55,059 bases of DNA from a virus (lineage: Duplodnaviria; Caudoviricetes). This document shows, piece by piece, positions 1 to 10,638 of this stretch. Within the stretch, counting starts at the first letter, position 1. Every line of letters starts with the position of its first letter. Both the position numbers and the translations under genes were made by a program. The stretch lies in IMG/VR virus record IMGVR_UViG_3300017963_000062, positions 1 through 55,059 of that record; one strand, written 5' to 3'. The notes beneath the pieces were generated by a model. The model was not told the origin of the DNA and did not search any database. It saw only the letters and a program-made list of their open reading frames with translations.

Positions 1-81
1 CCACAAGCCATTCCAAATTCTTTGAGCTGTAGACCAAATCCCATCCCAGATGTCTGTAGCCATTGACCACAAGCCATTCCA
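1..81. repeat. Terminal overlap, identical to 54979-55059 (circular assembly closure)
   Basis: First 81 nt match the last 81 nt exactly; the tape-measure ORF stays in frame through the joint. Confidence 0.9.
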
Positions 82-3000
82 TACTTCTTGAGCAAGCGCC
101 CAAATCTTATCCCAAGCCTCGGTTGCATTAGACCATAGTTTTTTCCAAAGTGTTTCAGCCAATGACCACATTGTTTTCCAAAGATTTTCGGCAAAGCTCC
201 AAAGACCACGCCAAATCTTTGTTGCCAGATCCCATATGGCTGCAAAACCATTTCTCACGAGATCAATAATTCCATCCCAAATTTTTTCCAATTCTCCCCA
301 TAGCTTTTTCCACACTCCAGTTATCCATCTCCACAGCTCTTTCCACTTCTTTTCAATCCACAACATGGATTTCTTTGATCCTTCAAGCATGGCTGCTGCA
401 ATTTCGTCAGGGCTAGAAGCTCCCATCCCAGCCTCTTCAGCTGCGACTCTAAATAGCTGTGATGTTTTTCCAAAAGCCTCTTGCAACTTTTTGTTGGCTT
501 GATTTATTCCCTCCTCGACCTTGTTTGGGAGATCTCCGAACATAGATGTAAAACCCTCAGAAACACCGCGCAACACAGCCTTTATAAGTTCTGGCAACAT
601 TTTGACGATCTCTACAAAAATTTTAGGCAACGCTTGAAAATATAGCTTGATGATCGATGTAATCAATCTCGCTGATCTCATTGAGGCTACAATCATTTTG
701 ATTAGAGCGTCTGGCAAAGTTTCCATCATGGATTCTATGATACTTGGCAGCTGATCCACCAAAGTTTCAAAAGCTGTCACAATTCCTTCAATGAACTCAG
801 CCGATTGAAATAATGATTTTGGGATCGATTCTATGAGATTTGGAATGAATTCCTGGACAAATCTGGTTAACGAATCAAACAAGGCTCCAAACGCTTCGTA
901 AAGCATTTTTGGAAAATCTGTTATCTTGTCCACAAGGGAAGCCACACCCTTAAGAATATCTGGGATCTTCAGAATAATGCCAATTATCATTGAACCCATT
1001 GACGCGCTCATCTCGGCCATGGCTGTAGAGGCTTGGCCAAGGAATCCGCTCATAGATTGCCCAAAGGCTTGCGAAGCGCCTTCAAAAAGTTCAGCCACAC
1101 CGCCAAGCGCACTTCCCACGTCACCAGCTACCTGTTGCCTTTGAGACTGCTGTTGCTTTCTGGCCTCTTCAATCTGCTGTTCTCTGGCAACACCAAGCAA
1201 TTCACGCTGCATTTTCAACTGTTTTTCTATTTCACTTGTAAGCAACCTCTTGCTTCTCAAGTGATCTCTTGTCTTGATGATTAAATCAATCTCTCTGTTG
1301 AATTGGTTGTTTATTCTTGTCTCTTGGTCTGCTCCAAAGTCTGCTATTGACTTCTGCAATTCGCCGTTCTTTGCTATTATTTTTTCAAGTGCTGAAAACT
1401 GTTTTTTATCTCTCTCTTCTTCCTTTCTTTGCTTGGCCTGCTTGATGGAAAGTTCAGTGGATTTTTTAATGAGCGCGATTCTTCTGTTTAGCTTTTTCAA
1501 CAATTCATCGTCAAGCTTTCCTATTTTCTTCATTCCTTCTATCTGCTTGTTAACGGCTTCTATTTCTATCTTTGACCTTATTTTTATAGATTCTATTCCT
1601 TTTCCTTCAAGGTTTGCAATCTCAATGCTTTTATCCAAGATAGCGGTGTCAGTCTCTTTAAGAATATCGTTCCTAATTCGAAGCTGGTTTATCTCTTCCT
1701 GCAACAGGGCTTTTCTTTTCTCAACTATCTTGTTGGCAAGCTCTTTTTCTGTACCCTTGATGTTAAAGATGTTTTGCATCTCAGCATTTAGCTTTTTAAT
1801 TTTAAGTGTTGTCTGTTCAAACTTGTCAGCGAGTGCAACCTGTCTTTCAAGCTCTGGGTCGAACCCCTTCATCATAGAGTCAGCTAGTTCTCTAACCCTT
1901 TTTCTAAATGACTCCACCAAGTCCATATTTTTCTTGGCCTCGTCACCATATCCCTTTTGTGCTTCAGTCGCTGCTATGGCGCTGTTTGTAAAGTAATCTA
2001 TCGTTAATCCATAGTTTTCCGTGTCTTTTGTAAGCGTGTTTATCAAGGTGTCTATTCTATGCAGCTCTTTGTTGTATTCAAACAATACTGCTTGATCGTC
2101 TACAAGCAACTTCCTCAGAGACAACAATGCTTTTTGCAGGTATAAAAAACTTTGTGCCAATCCCGTCAATACTGTAATAGCAGACCTCGAAATGAAGCCA
2201 ATCAGCTTTTCAAGAATTGATTTTGTTTCGGCTGTCTTTTCGTTCGTTTCTTCAATTTCATCAGACAGAAACCCTAGCGCAAGTCCCAAATCTCTGATTA
2301 CTGCCATAAAAGCAACTGACTTTTCCGTTAACTCTTTAAAAGCATCATAAAAAAGCCATATCAAAGCTATTAGAGGCAGTATTCTTAAAAAGATGGTTTT
2401 CAGTGTTCCTATGATCGCGATATTAACGCCTAGATATGCCTTGGCTGCAGCAGCAAGAAATTTATAAGCCAAGATAAGGCCCATCAATGTAAACGTATAT
2501 TTAATTATCTTGCCTGTTATAATCAGCGTTACTCCGAGTATGTCTCTTGTCATCCCTATGGCTTTCAATAAAGCCTCTGGCATCGAATTCCACCACCTAT
2601 GCAACTTTATCAATACTTTCAAATATGCCCTTGTTGCCACCCCTGTTTCTGCCATTTTTCTAGACAACTCATCTTGTTCTTTTGTAAGCAGCATGGTTTG
2701 ACCTGCAACTGTGTCTATGGCTGAAGCAGAAGCCCCTCTAATAGCATTGGTCTTTTTGATTAAAGCCTGCAACCTAACTTGTACTTTCTCTTCTCTTGTC
2801 AATTGGTTTACCAAAAGACCCGTTGAATCCAACATCTTGCTGTTTTCAATGGTGGCATCTCTGATATCAATCCCAAGACCAAGTACCGATTGAGCTGTCA
2901 TGCCAAGGGAATTAACCATCAATTGTGTTACTTCTGAAACCTTTCTACCTGTATTGCTGGCAACATCTACGGCTATTTCTGATAATTTCATCATTTGTTT

Positions 3001-4803
3001 TGGAACTAACCCTAATATTGTTCCTTCGGCTACGATCAATTTCATGCTTTTAACAATTTCTTCTCTTGCGAAAATGGAATTATCAACAAGCATCTCTAGT
3101 TTTTCATTCCATTCGTCAAGGCTTCCAACTGCCGCCTCTCCAAATTCTTTTGTAAAACCTTTAACTGTAAACGTAAATTGATTCATTACTGCTTGAAATT
3201 TGATAAACTTATCTTGAGCTGCAATAAGTGAGTTAATTAATTTATGTCCAAGGCTTTCTATCAAAGATCCTATCCATGACATGGCCAGCGCAATGGCACC
3301 AGCAAGGCTTGTGGTCAATATGGAAACAAATTTTAAGACTTGTCCCGTACCTCTCACAAAAGCATTATCGCTTTGTTCCATTGCATACCCAAGGCCCAGC
3401 AAAGCAGGTGCCAATATTCCAACAGCTTCTACAGCACTCAACAAGGAAAGTGAGAAAGTGCCTCTAATCGTTTTAGCTGTGTTTATAGAAAGTTTTTTCA
3501 TCCCTTGCAAAACTTTGTCATATTTAGACGCTGCAACAGTTAAAAAATCTACAGGCTTTTTAACTGCTGAGGCTGTTTCCTTGAATGACTTCTTGACGCC
3601 TACAGCAAAATCAGAGGCTGTCCAGGCAGCTTTATTCATCGCATTACGCACTATCTCGAATTCTGAAGCTATAGTTAGACCTATCGCCCCGACCGCTGTA
3701 ACCTTCAGAGTGTCCAATGCAACACCAAACCTTTCAGACCACTTAATTGCATCATCATATTTTTCTTTTACGGTATCAAAACTTTCTTTCACAACATCTT
3801 TTATAACTGCTGTTTTGGCAGAAAAATCCACAACAGAATCTGATATTTTGTTTATCTGGTCTGCAAGGTTTGGATTGCCTTTTATTCTGGCAATATTTGA
3901 CATTAAGGATAGAAGTCTTGTAACTTTCTTCAACCTTTCCGGGTCTGATAAAAATTCTAGAATATCTATAAAATTTACAATTTGTTGAGACAAGAAAGCA
4001 AAAGCATTTTGTACACTTTTAACTATATTGGCAATCTTGTTGTATATTCTCGTGAAAACGCTTACTTGCTCGGCACTTTTCTTAGTCGCCTTTGTAACTT
4101 TTATGGTTTCTTTTGTAGTTTCAGAAAGTTGATCCCTGTATTTTGATATATTCTCACTCAAACCATTTACAGTTTTTGCAAGTACAATATTTTTATTTGC
4201 GCTATTCTCTATATTTCTCTCATATTTTTCCTGCAAATCCATCGACTGTTTTATTATGTCGTTGTTTTTTTCTATTGAATTCTGCAATTCTGTAAATTGT
4301 CTTGATGTATCAATTTCAAATTCTGCTTTGCCGCTCAAAACCTTGTCAAGATCGCCTTTCTTTTTTGTAACGCTGTCAATAAAACCTTCTACGCTTTGAG
4401 TGTTTTGATTCATGGATGATGAAACAGAATCAGAAAGTTTCAAAAAATCTTCAGACAAGCTTGATATCTCAGAGGAAAGATTAGAGTAATCATCTGTAAC
4501 CTTTTGTACCTCTGCTCTATGATTTTCAGATGACTTTGACATTTTGTTGAAGTGGTCTTGCTTTGCCACCATTGCAAACTTTGACATTAACGCGGAAGCC
4601 TTTAATGTTGTCTTTGACAATGATTCTGCAATCCTTTTATACTTTCCTTCGATCTCATCCATTGATGAAGATGTTTTAGTGGCTGATCTTTCGGCTTTTT
4701 CAGAAAGTGATGAAAAGGCGTTACCTATATCATTCAACGCTCTTTTTGTATCTTTGTTGTTGACTTCAATGTCAATAACCAGCTTGGTTTTATCTATAGC
4801 CAT
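1..4803 (-). CDS. Tail tape measure protein, N-terminal part (continues across the junction to 53998; ~1927 aa total)
   Basis: ATG at 4803 (MAIDKTKLVIDIEVNNKDTKRALND...). Missing from the ORF track because there is no stop before the window edge. Lies directly after the tail chaperones; helical Ala/Lys/Glu-rich with hydrophobic segments and Trp-periodic repeats; frame joins ORF 53998..55050. Confidence 0.85.
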   Translation of the reverse strand, partial: MAIDKTKLVIDIEVNNKDTKRALNDIGNAFSSLSEKAERSATKTSSSMDEIEGKYKRIAESLSKTTLKASALMSKFAMVAKQDHFNKMSKSSENHRAEVQKVTDDYSNLSSEISSLSEDFLKLSDSVSSSMNQNTQSVEGFIDSVTKKKGDLDKVLSGKAEFEIDTSRQFTELQNSIEKNNDIIKQSMDLQEKYERNIENSANKNIVLAKTVNGLSENISKYRDQLSETTKETIKVTKATKKSAEQVSVFTRIYNKIANIVKSVQNAFAFLSQQIVNFIDILEFLSDPERLKKVTRLLSLMSNIARIKGNPNLADQINKISDSVVDFSAKTAVIKDVVKESFDTVKEKYDDAIKWSERFGVALDTLKVTAVGAIGLTIASEFEIVRNAMNKAAWTASDFAVGVKKSFKETASAVKKPVDFLTVAASKYDKVLQGMKKLSINTAKTIRGTFSLSLLSAVEAVGILAPALLGLGYAMEQSDNAFVRGTGQVLKFVSILTTSLAGAIALAMSWIGSLIESLGHKLINSLIAAQDKFIKFQAVMNQFTFTVKGFTKEFGEAAVGSLDEWNEKLEMLVDNSIFAREEIVKSMKLIVAEGTILGLVPKQMMKLSEIAVDVASNTGRKVSEVTQLMVNSLGMTAQSVLGLGIDIRDATIENSKMLDSTGLLVNQLTREEKVQVRLQALIKKTNAIRGASASAIDTVAGQTMLLTKEQDELSRKMAETGVATRAYLKVLIKLHRWWNSMPEALLKAIGMTRDILGVTLIITGKIIKYTFTLMGLILAYKFLAAAAKAYLGVNIAIIGTLKTIFLRILPLIALIWLFYDAFKELTEKSVAFMAVIRDLGLALGFLSDEIEETNEKTAETKSILEKLIGFISRSAITVLTGLAQSFLYLQKALLSLRKLLVDDQAVLFEYNKELHRIDTLINTLTKDTENYGLTIDYFTNSAIAATEAQKGYGDEAKKNMDLVESFRKRVRELADSMMKGFDPELERQVALADKFEQTTLKIKKLNAEMQNIFNIKGTEKELANKIVEKRKALLQEEINQLRIRNDILKETDTAILDKSIEIANLEGKGIESIKIRSKIEIEAVNKQIEGMKKIGKLDDELLKKLNRRIALIKKSTELSIKQAKQRKEEERDKKQFSALEKIIAKNGELQKSIADFGADQETRINNQFNREIDLIIKTRDHLRSKRLLTSEIEKQLKMQRELLGVAREQQIEEARKQQQSQRQQVAGDVGSALGGVAELFEGASQAFGQSMSGFLGQASTAMAEMSASMGSMIIGIILKIPDILKGVASLVDKITDFPKMLYEAFGALFDSLTRFVQEFIPNLIESIPKSLFQSAEFIEGIVTAFETLVDQLPSIIESMMETLPDALIKMIVASMRSARLITSIIKLYFQALPKIFVEIVKMLPELIKAVLRGVSEGFTSMFGDLPNKVEEGINQANKKLQEAFGKTSQLFRVAAEEAGMGASSPDEIAAAMLEGSKKSMLWIEKKWKELWRWITGVWKKLWGELEKIWDGIIDLVRNGFAAIWDLATKIWRGLWSFAENLWKTMWSLAETLWKKLWSNATEAWDKIWALAQEVWNGLWSMATDIWDGIWSTAQRIWNGLW

Positions 4804-4804
4804 T

Positions 4805-5257
4805 TCATCTCCCAGGCTTGTTGTTGCTTCCTTTGCCAGAATTAAAGCTTTTTGCAACCGTGTTGAATTTCTCGTTGAATTCCAAAGTTTTTTTCAGAGG
4901 CCCAAAAGTTGACACTAGATCAATCCAAAAATATTCCTGGTTGTTTAAACCACCTTCATCGGGCCATGTTCCTGTTTCAAGTATAGCAATCAAAGTCTTA
5001 AAAATCATCATGGCCGTTGGATCGTCCCTTGTGACCTTTGCCGGACAAAATCCAAACGATGGACCTCCAACCTCCATTTGTATTGGGAAAACCGAACCGT
5101 CAGCCTCAGTAAAATCATATCTGTTTTCTCGGCAACGCCTAAGCTTTGCTATCGAATCATTATATTTTTTTGTATTGGGATCTTTAAGACACTTGTCACA
5201 AGAGAAAGGCCGACCTCTTCGGCTCAATTCCGAATGGTCGGCATACTGCAAGGCCAT
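4805..5257 (-). CDS. Tail assembly chaperone, downstream part (gpT-like, reached by -1 frameshift)
   Basis: Lies between the upstream chaperone and TMP, in the -1 frame after an A-AAA-AAG site. Confidence 0.7.
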   Translation of the reverse strand: MALQYADHSELSRRGRPFSCDKCLKDPNTKKYNDSIAKLRRCRENRYDFTEADGSVFPIQMEVGGPSFGFCPAKVTRDDPTAMMIFKTLIAILETGTWPDEGGLNNQEYFWIDLVSTFGPLKKTLEFNEKFNTVAKSFNSGKGSNNKPGR

Positions 5258-5265
5258 AAGAGCGG

Positions 5266-5280
5266 TTACTTTTTTTTAAG
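5266..5280 (-). promoter_or_regulatory. Programmed -1 frameshift site A AAA AAG
   Basis: A -1 slip gives AAA AAA GTA ACC GCT CTT ATG GCC, in frame with 4805..5257; this is the canonical lambda G/GT arrangement. Confidence 0.75.
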
Positions 5281-5760
5281 GATCTCTGTATTGTCCTTGT
5301 GGGTAAGGTAGAAGGAATATATATCATCCAATATTCCATAACTTCCCAATTCTGCAAGCAGCTCGTCAGTGACAAAACCATGCTTGTCTTTTTTAAAAAC
5401 GATCTTTTTAGCTAAAGGCAAGGTGTCTGGATTCTCAATTCCGCAAAGTACACATTTTACTGTTGCATACTTGTGCTTGCCAAGTTTAAACCCGAATTCA
5501 TCCTTTTTCCCGTCACCGCCAAGAGAAGCATTGTCAATCAATACTTGCTTCTTGTGGGTGAGAGAAAAATTTATCTTGAATCTCGTAGGCTGGGAATCTG
5601 GCTTTAATGTGCAATGCTTTTCAAAGTCCCAAGTTTCTCGGTACTTCTCCAAATTGCTGTTTGGTTCTCCTGTAGCGTCGTCAAATTCCAAATCAATTGC
5701 ATCATCCTTTGGTGAGATGAAATCAATGACGCCTAAAGTTTCCGGTTTCAAAAAAGCCAT
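5266..5760 (-). CDS. Tail assembly chaperone (gpG-like)
   Basis: Follows tail tube; ends CTT AAA AAA AAG TAA with a slippery heptamer. Confidence 0.7.
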   Translation of the reverse strand: MAFLKPETLGVIDFISPKDDAIDLEFDDATGEPNSNLEKYRETWDFEKHCTLKPDSQPTRFKINFSLTHKKQVLIDNASLGGDGKKDEFGFKLGKHKYATVKCVLCGIENPDTLPLAKKIVFKKDKHGFVTDELLAELGSYGILDDIYSFYLTHKDNTEILKKK

Positions 5761-5777
5761 AAACCCCCCCTTAGATA

Positions 5778-7028
5778 TTAGATAAAGCTGACTGTTATTT
5801 CGTCAGCTGCTGTAAATGCTGATTCAAACGCCGTTCCAGAAAATTCTACAGGAATACTGCCAGTATCTGGAAGTGAAAAACCTGGATAATTGAAAATTGC
5901 TGAAGGAATCTCAAATTTTCCATGTCTTCCAGCAACATCACCAACTATTGCAGTTATTGCCTGGCCTTCAAATCTCTTGACTTTATGAAGGAATTCCACC
6001 ATCTCATCTGAAAGATTGAAAGACAATGATACTTCGACTGTCAACCTGTCTCCTGGGACATAATATTTCCCGCTTAAATTTTTTGTACCATAACAGTAAT
6101 CAACTAACTCGTGGTTCCCGTTTATGTTTAGTCCCAATGATCTAAAGCAACTGGTGCCAAGGTTAGCGATGCTCACGGAACCTACAAGACCAGTTTGAAT
6201 ATCATTGATTGCACTCAAAGCCGCATCATCGGCTTCATAGTATACGAGATAAATCTCAGTCCCAGCTCCCCCAGAACCATCGGCGTCAGCAAGGACCGCG
6301 CCACCCAAACTAATGGTGTCGGTTGTTGTGTTAATTGCTGTTATCAGCCTTGGTGATCCATCTGGGGTATCAGCAGAACGGCTGTTGTCACCCTTGATAA
6401 TCATCACCGCACCGCCAACTTCAAAACGTTCAGATTCTCCAGCTCCAACAACGATGTCATTGGTTGTATTGTTGTCTGCTGTTGATTGGCCGATACCAAT
6501 GAGATATGACTCTCCAGCATTTCCCGCCCATTCACATGTTGCTTGTCCGTCGCCAGGCAACTGAACATTGTTTGACATGACAAAAGCGCCAATTGTTTGC
6601 CTGGCCCACTTGTCGCCAACTTCCATTAATGTAAAAGTCAAATCTGGAGTTTCTGAAGGATCATAGACAGCTCCTGCCGTTGCAGTTTCCTTGCCAAGCA
6701 AGGACTTCCATAGAACTCTAAACGCTGGGTCGATCTCGGCCACGTTTGCGGCTCCAAGAGTCGTATCAATATTGAAATATGTGGAAAAGTTCCAGGCGGT
6801 TGAATTTTTCTGCTCTAACACAGATGAGTGATGTCTTCCACTTCTTTGTGGTGAACTCTCAAATGGAGCTTCAAAGTTGATCGCTCCACCAGGCATTGTA
6901 AAAAAGAAATCAGTCGCTGCAGGGTAAACCATTGTTCCCCTGGTTACTTCCTCTTTCAAATAAAAACGCTGTTCCAAAGATATGCTGTCATTTCCAGACG
7001 CATATAAATTAGGATAATTCTTAGCCAT
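5778..7028 (-). CDS. Major tail tube protein
   Basis: Synteny before chaperones/TMP; beta-rich, acidic; likely start ATG 7028 after GAGGA RBS. Confidence 0.7.
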   Translation of the reverse strand: MAKNYPNLYASGNDSISLEQRFYLKEEVTRGTMVYPAATDFFFTMPGGAINFEAPFESSPQRSGRHHSSVLEQKNSTAWNFSTYFNIDTTLGAANVAEIDPAFRVLWKSLLGKETATAGAVYDPSETPDLTFTLMEVGDKWARQTIGAFVMSNNVQLPGDGQATCEWAGNAGESYLIGIGQSTADNNTTNDIVVGAGESERFEVGGAVMIIKGDNSRSADTPDGSPRLITAINTTTDTISLGGAVLADADGSGGAGTEIYLVYYEADDAALSAINDIQTGLVGSVSIANLGTSCFRSLGLNINGNHELVDYCYGTKNLSGKYYVPGDRLTVEVSLSFNLSDEMVEFLHKVKRFEGQAITAIVGDVAGRHGKFEIPSAIFNYPGFSLPDTGSIPVEFSGTAFESAFTAADEITVSFI

Positions 7029-7076
7029 TTTGATCCTCAATCATGAAGTTGTTGTTTAAACGTCATGACTTGAAAA

Positions 7077-7541
7077 CTAGCAGGCACTTCTAGTAATTGG
7101 CTCGTAATACTCTACCTGGACACCAATGGTTGATATGTAATTCGGGTCAAGCATGTGTAGGTCTGTCACAGAATCGATCAACGTGACGCTGGTCACGTAA
7201 TTCAAGCCTAGCTTTGGATCTTCCATAATCGCTCTTTTAACCGATTCTTCCAAATCCCATAGCTCTTTTTGATCGACAACGCCCAGCTCTTCCGTCGTCC
7301 TCATGCAAATCTCTACAGCCAAAAACCATTGTGTTCTTGACCTTGACATTTCATGATTGACAGTAGCAGACAAGTCGATAATCTGAACCGCTGGCAGCTC
7401 GAAATCTTGGTAGTCGGATATGTTTATCTTCACTTTGTCAAACGATACCACGCCTATATCGTGCGAGTACCCTCCAGCAATGGTAACACCCTCTACTCTC
7501 GATTTCAGAGCGTCGGCAATCTGTGCCTTGAATCCCGCCAT
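7077..7541 (-). CDS. Putative tail terminator/completion protein
   Basis: 154 aa immediately upstream of tail tube; synteny only. Confidence 0.5.
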   Translation of the reverse strand: MAGFKAQIADALKSRVEGVTIAGGYSHDIGVVSFDKVKINISDYQDFELPAVQIIDLSATVNHEMSRSRTQWFLAVEICMRTTEELGVVDQKELWDLEESVKRAIMEDPKLGLNYVTSVTLIDSVTDLHMLDPNYISTIGVQVEYYEPITRSAC

Positions 7542-7598
7542 GCTCTATTCTCGAATATTTTGTTTAAACGCTGTGTGTCAGAATTATGGCATATAACC

Positions 7599-8078
7599 TT
7601 AGATTGCATCAAGCATATATTGAACAATACGCGTTTTATGCTTTTCATAAGCAGGGTAAAGGTACGGCCTTCCTTGCTTGTCTATCCGTCTTTGATGTGC
7701 TCTAACCCTTGCTATGGTTGCCTTTTCTAGGCTCCTTCCAAATGCTCTGGTAATGACTCGATTGTGGGATCTTACAGGCACTTGCCCATGAAAACCAAAT
7801 TCCCAAAAAGCGGCATAAGGCACCCCAAAAGATCCAATCGAAATCCCGTTTACATCCCCGCGCTTGTAGAATTCCCAGCGAAGGGAGTTAATAAGACGCC
7901 CGGTGTCAATGAGTCCTTGACGCCTTACATTTAGTTTTGCCTGGGATGTGATGAGAATGGCGGCCCTTTGCAAAGCTCTTTTGACCGCTGTAGAATCTGG
8001 TGCAGCAGCCGCCTGCCTTTCTTTGATCTTTTCTATGATGCTCCTCATGTTCAGCATTCGTACTTTAAAGCTGTCCAT
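7599..8078 (-). CDS. HK97 gp10-like tail completion/morphogenesis protein
   Basis: Motifs DTGRLINSL, VPYAAFWEFG, GRPYLYPA. Confidence 0.7.
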   Translation of the reverse strand: MDSFKVRMLNMRSIIEKIKERQAAAAPDSTAVKRALQRAAILITSQAKLNVRRQGLIDTGRLINSLRWEFYKRGDVNGISIGSFGVPYAAFWEFGFHGQVPVRSHNRVITRAFGRSLEKATIARVRAHQRRIDKQGRPYLYPAYEKHKTRIVQYMLDAI

Positions 8079-8704
8079 TAGAGATTCCTTATTGGCTCAA
8101 CAGGTGCAATCATTTCGGCTCGTTTGTAGTTGTCAAGTATGAGCGTCGAGGACTCTGGAAGCCCTTGTATCAAAGTAATGTTTTCTTCTCCCTTGGACTT
8201 GTTGGAGAATGTCCAGTTCTTTTGCTGCTGTTGCTCGTAATAAAAGGCTACTGCAATTTTGCAGGCTAGTTGCAAATCGGCTGGAACGTCATCAAAGGCA
8301 ACGTATCCAGCCTTATAAATCACTTGGATATTTTTTCTAGCCCTTGGGAATATTGCATCAAATCTCTCAACTATAAACCCATCTCCTGTTTCATCGTTGA
8401 ACACTTCATAGTTGGATGGATCTAACAAGTTGTCAACTCCGAATTGCCTCTTGTCGTCCACATGAATTGATGTAATCGAGTTTATGGGCCAATGGCTTAA
8501 AAGGATCTCTGTAATGCCTACACCGTTGAATCTTTCAGTGTGCTCCACCTCTCTAAACTTCCTGTTGCAGTAGTTTTCAGAGAGAGAAGAGCAAGAGTTT
8601 ATAAACCCTTCAACAAGTGTATCCTGGCTCGTTTCTGTCGATGGAATTCCAAGATATATTTTTGTTGGTGCCAATTCTATTAGAGCGTTTGCATTAAGCG
8701 CCAT
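8078..8704 (-). CDS. Head-tail connector (gp6-like adaptor)
   Basis: SENYCNRKF...YKAGY...VPADLQLACKIAVAFYYE pattern typical of adaptors. Confidence 0.75.
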   Translation of the reverse strand: MALNANALIELAPTKIYLGIPSTETSQDTLVEGFINSCSSLSENYCNRKFREVEHTERFNGVGITEILLSHWPINSITSIHVDDKRQFGVDNLLDPSNYEVFNDETGDGFIVERFDAIFPRARKNIQVIYKAGYVAFDDVPADLQLACKIAVAFYYEQQQQKNWTFSNKSKGEENITLIQGLPESSTLILDNYKRAEMIAPVEPIRNL

Positions 8705-8735
8705 TCAAACCTCCCTGTTTAAACGCCACTTTGTT

Positions 8736-8963
8736 TCACGCCTTCCTAGTTGGCTGCTTCATCTTCATACGTGAAGGTTCTGATGTTTCAACAAAAAGCG
8801 GCTTGTCTTCATTTTCGTTAAATTTCGAAAGTATCCAAAGACCTTCCTCGGCCGTACAATCAAAAATCTCGTTTGTTTTAATACTAATACCCATTGTACC
8901 ACTGTCGTTTTTTATGTGTAGTGAGATGGGTGATCTTTTTTGCCCAACATATTTAAGTTTCAT
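8736..8963 (-). CDS. Hypothetical protein
   Basis: In-operon ORF overlapping the upstream stop. Confidence 0.5.
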   Translation of the reverse strand: MKLKYVGQKRSPISLHIKNDSGTMGISIKTNEIFDCTAEEGLWILSKFNENEDKPLFVETSEPSRMKMKQPTRKA

Positions 8964-9477
8964 CCGGAACCCCCTTTTTTGTACCGCTTAATGTTGTTTT
9001 TGCTATTATGGCCAATACACCTTGTTTAGTCAATAATTCAATGGATTGAGGCTCACCTCCTCGTTTAGTAACCCCTTCGTATAATTTTACAGGATAGCCA
9101 ATAGAATAATATTCTGCCAATCCTGTCTTGCTTATTTCATAGGCATAGATGAACTTGTCTTTTTTACACTTGAAAACCTCTGTGGCCATTCGGCGTTTAA
9201 GATCTTTTATGTACTTTTTATTCCCGCAAAAGTAACCAGTAAGCTCCAACACCTTGTCACACAGGTTAATCCTTACTGGGGGCCGCGGGATTTCTTCCAG
9301 GGTTCTTGGCATTTCATAATCTACTATGGCAAATCCTCCGGTGATTTCATCACCCTCTTTAACCGCCCAAACATTTTGGAAGTAGAAATATTCTTCTGGA
9401 ATTAAATGGCCAGAAGCACGTTTAAATGCTTCTGAGAATTCTGCCAGGTCTTTCCATTTGGTAAGTTTTACAATCAA
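8953..9477 (-). CDS. Hypothetical protein, possible GNAT-like fold
   Basis: VWAVKEGDEITGGFAI, LELTGYF and GLAEYY resemble acyltransferase elements; weak. Confidence 0.35.
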   Translation of the reverse strand: MIVKLTKWKDLAEFSEAFKRASGHLIPEEYFYFQNVWAVKEGDEITGGFAIVDYEMPRTLEEIPRPPVRINLCDKVLELTGYFCGNKKYIKDLKRRMATEVFKCKKDKFIYAYEISKTGLAEYYSIGYPVKLYEGVTKRGGEPQSIELLTKQGVLAIIAKTTLSGTKKGVPDET

Positions 9478-9980
9478 TACATGTTCCCCCGTACTTTCAA
9501 AGCCTTATAAAGCATGTAAGGGGTCATTGCATCGAGCTGCAAATCAGATATGTCAACGCCGTAGAACCCTTTAAGATACGGTGCCACTGATCCCGCCACC
9601 TCTGTACACCAACGACCATTGCCAGACCACTTGTTTTTTTCTGGGTATGGGCAATTAAAAAGGTATTTCTTTAATCCAGCAATCCATGCGTAATAATAAG
9701 CACCCCAATCGTAAGGTACGTCTAAGCTGTCAAATATGCAGTCAGCATAAGCATGTGTTTCGTCCCTTGGCAATAATGGAAAGTCAATCTTTTCCACGGT
9801 CTGATATTTTTTATTCCAGTGATCCGCGTGGCTTGCCTTTCCCGCTGGCTTGGTACACTCAACAACAATATTAGCTCCACCCTCAAAAAATAGAATTCCA
9901 ACATGTGTAAAAGGCTCACCAGTTATATACCTATGAGCCTTTGAATACCATTTTTCATTGGTTGAAAATAAAAATTTCAT
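9474..9980 (-). CDS. Permuted papain-like (YiiX/YebB-type NlpC/P60) enzyme
   Basis: N-terminal FTHVGI (His), PYDW, C-terminal WCTEV (Cys). Confidence 0.65.
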   Translation of the reverse strand: MKFLFSTNEKWYSKAHRYITGEPFTHVGILFFEGGANIVVECTKPAGKASHADHWNKKYQTVEKIDFPLLPRDETHAYADCIFDSLDVPYDWGAYYYAWIAGLKKYLFNCPYPEKNKWSGNGRWCTEVAGSVAPYLKGFYGVDISDLQLDAMTPYMLYKALKVRGNMY

Positions 9981-9981
9981 C

Positions 9982-10638
9982 TTACTCCTTGTAATGCTCG
10001 TAAATCATCTGAACACCGAAATAATCACCTATTGAGTGCTTCACAATCAAGCCAATTTTGTGTGAATAGTATGTTGTATCGTTTTCAAGGACAAATGTGG
10101 TATTGCCGTCCATTTGGATGAATGACTTGGCTGGAAAGAATGAAAGGTTGTAGCCGCCAGCAAGAAATGGAACGTTTCCACCGCTCGCTTCCGGTATGTG
10201 TGGCGCTAGGACACACCACAAATAGCAGTCTGTTGAAGGGGATTCCCTCAAACTGATGATCCCCGACTTTATGCAGTATTTGAAATTCGGCGTATAGTCT
10301 ATTCTTGTCTTTACGCATCCGGAATCAAGCCTTGCTTGAAATTGGGTTTCTGTTTCAGACTCATGGCCCGTTTGGCGAAATGAAAGCTCGTTGTCTGATG
10401 AATCAAAAAACATCATTTCGGCGTCGCCGTAATCGGTTCCGTCGTATATCCCGCCGTTGTCGTGCTTTCGGTTGTAGAGGCTGTTGTATTGCCCGACCTT
10501 GAAATCAAGAGATCTTGGTTCGTAATGAAATCCGTCCAAGGCTATTACGTTTTTATATTGAGGATGTCCCTGCTCATCGCGCTCCGGAATTACCACGCCC
10601 ATTTTTTTTACTCCTGTCTGAATCCTTCTGCCAAGCAT
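9982..10638 (-). CDS. Hypothetical protein, probable virion accessory
   Basis: 218-aa ORF in the head operon. Confidence 0.5.
   Translation of the reverse strand: MLGRRIQTGVKKMGVVIPERDEQGHPQYKNVIALDGFHYEPRSLDFKVGQYNSLYNRKHDNGGIYDGTDYGDAEMMFFDSSDNELSFRQTGHESETETQFQARLDSGCVKTRIDYTPNFKYCIKSGIISLRESPSTDCYLWCVLAPHIPEASGGNVPFLAGGYNLSFFPAKSFIQMDGNTTFVLENDTTYYSHKIGLIVKHSIGDYFGVQMIYEHYKE

Noticed and set aside
236-4912. Plus-strand ORFs (236..502, 1274..1996, 3281..3988 and others)
   Set aside because: Antisense shadows of the tape-measure gene; Ser/Phe/Leu-rich with no RBS.
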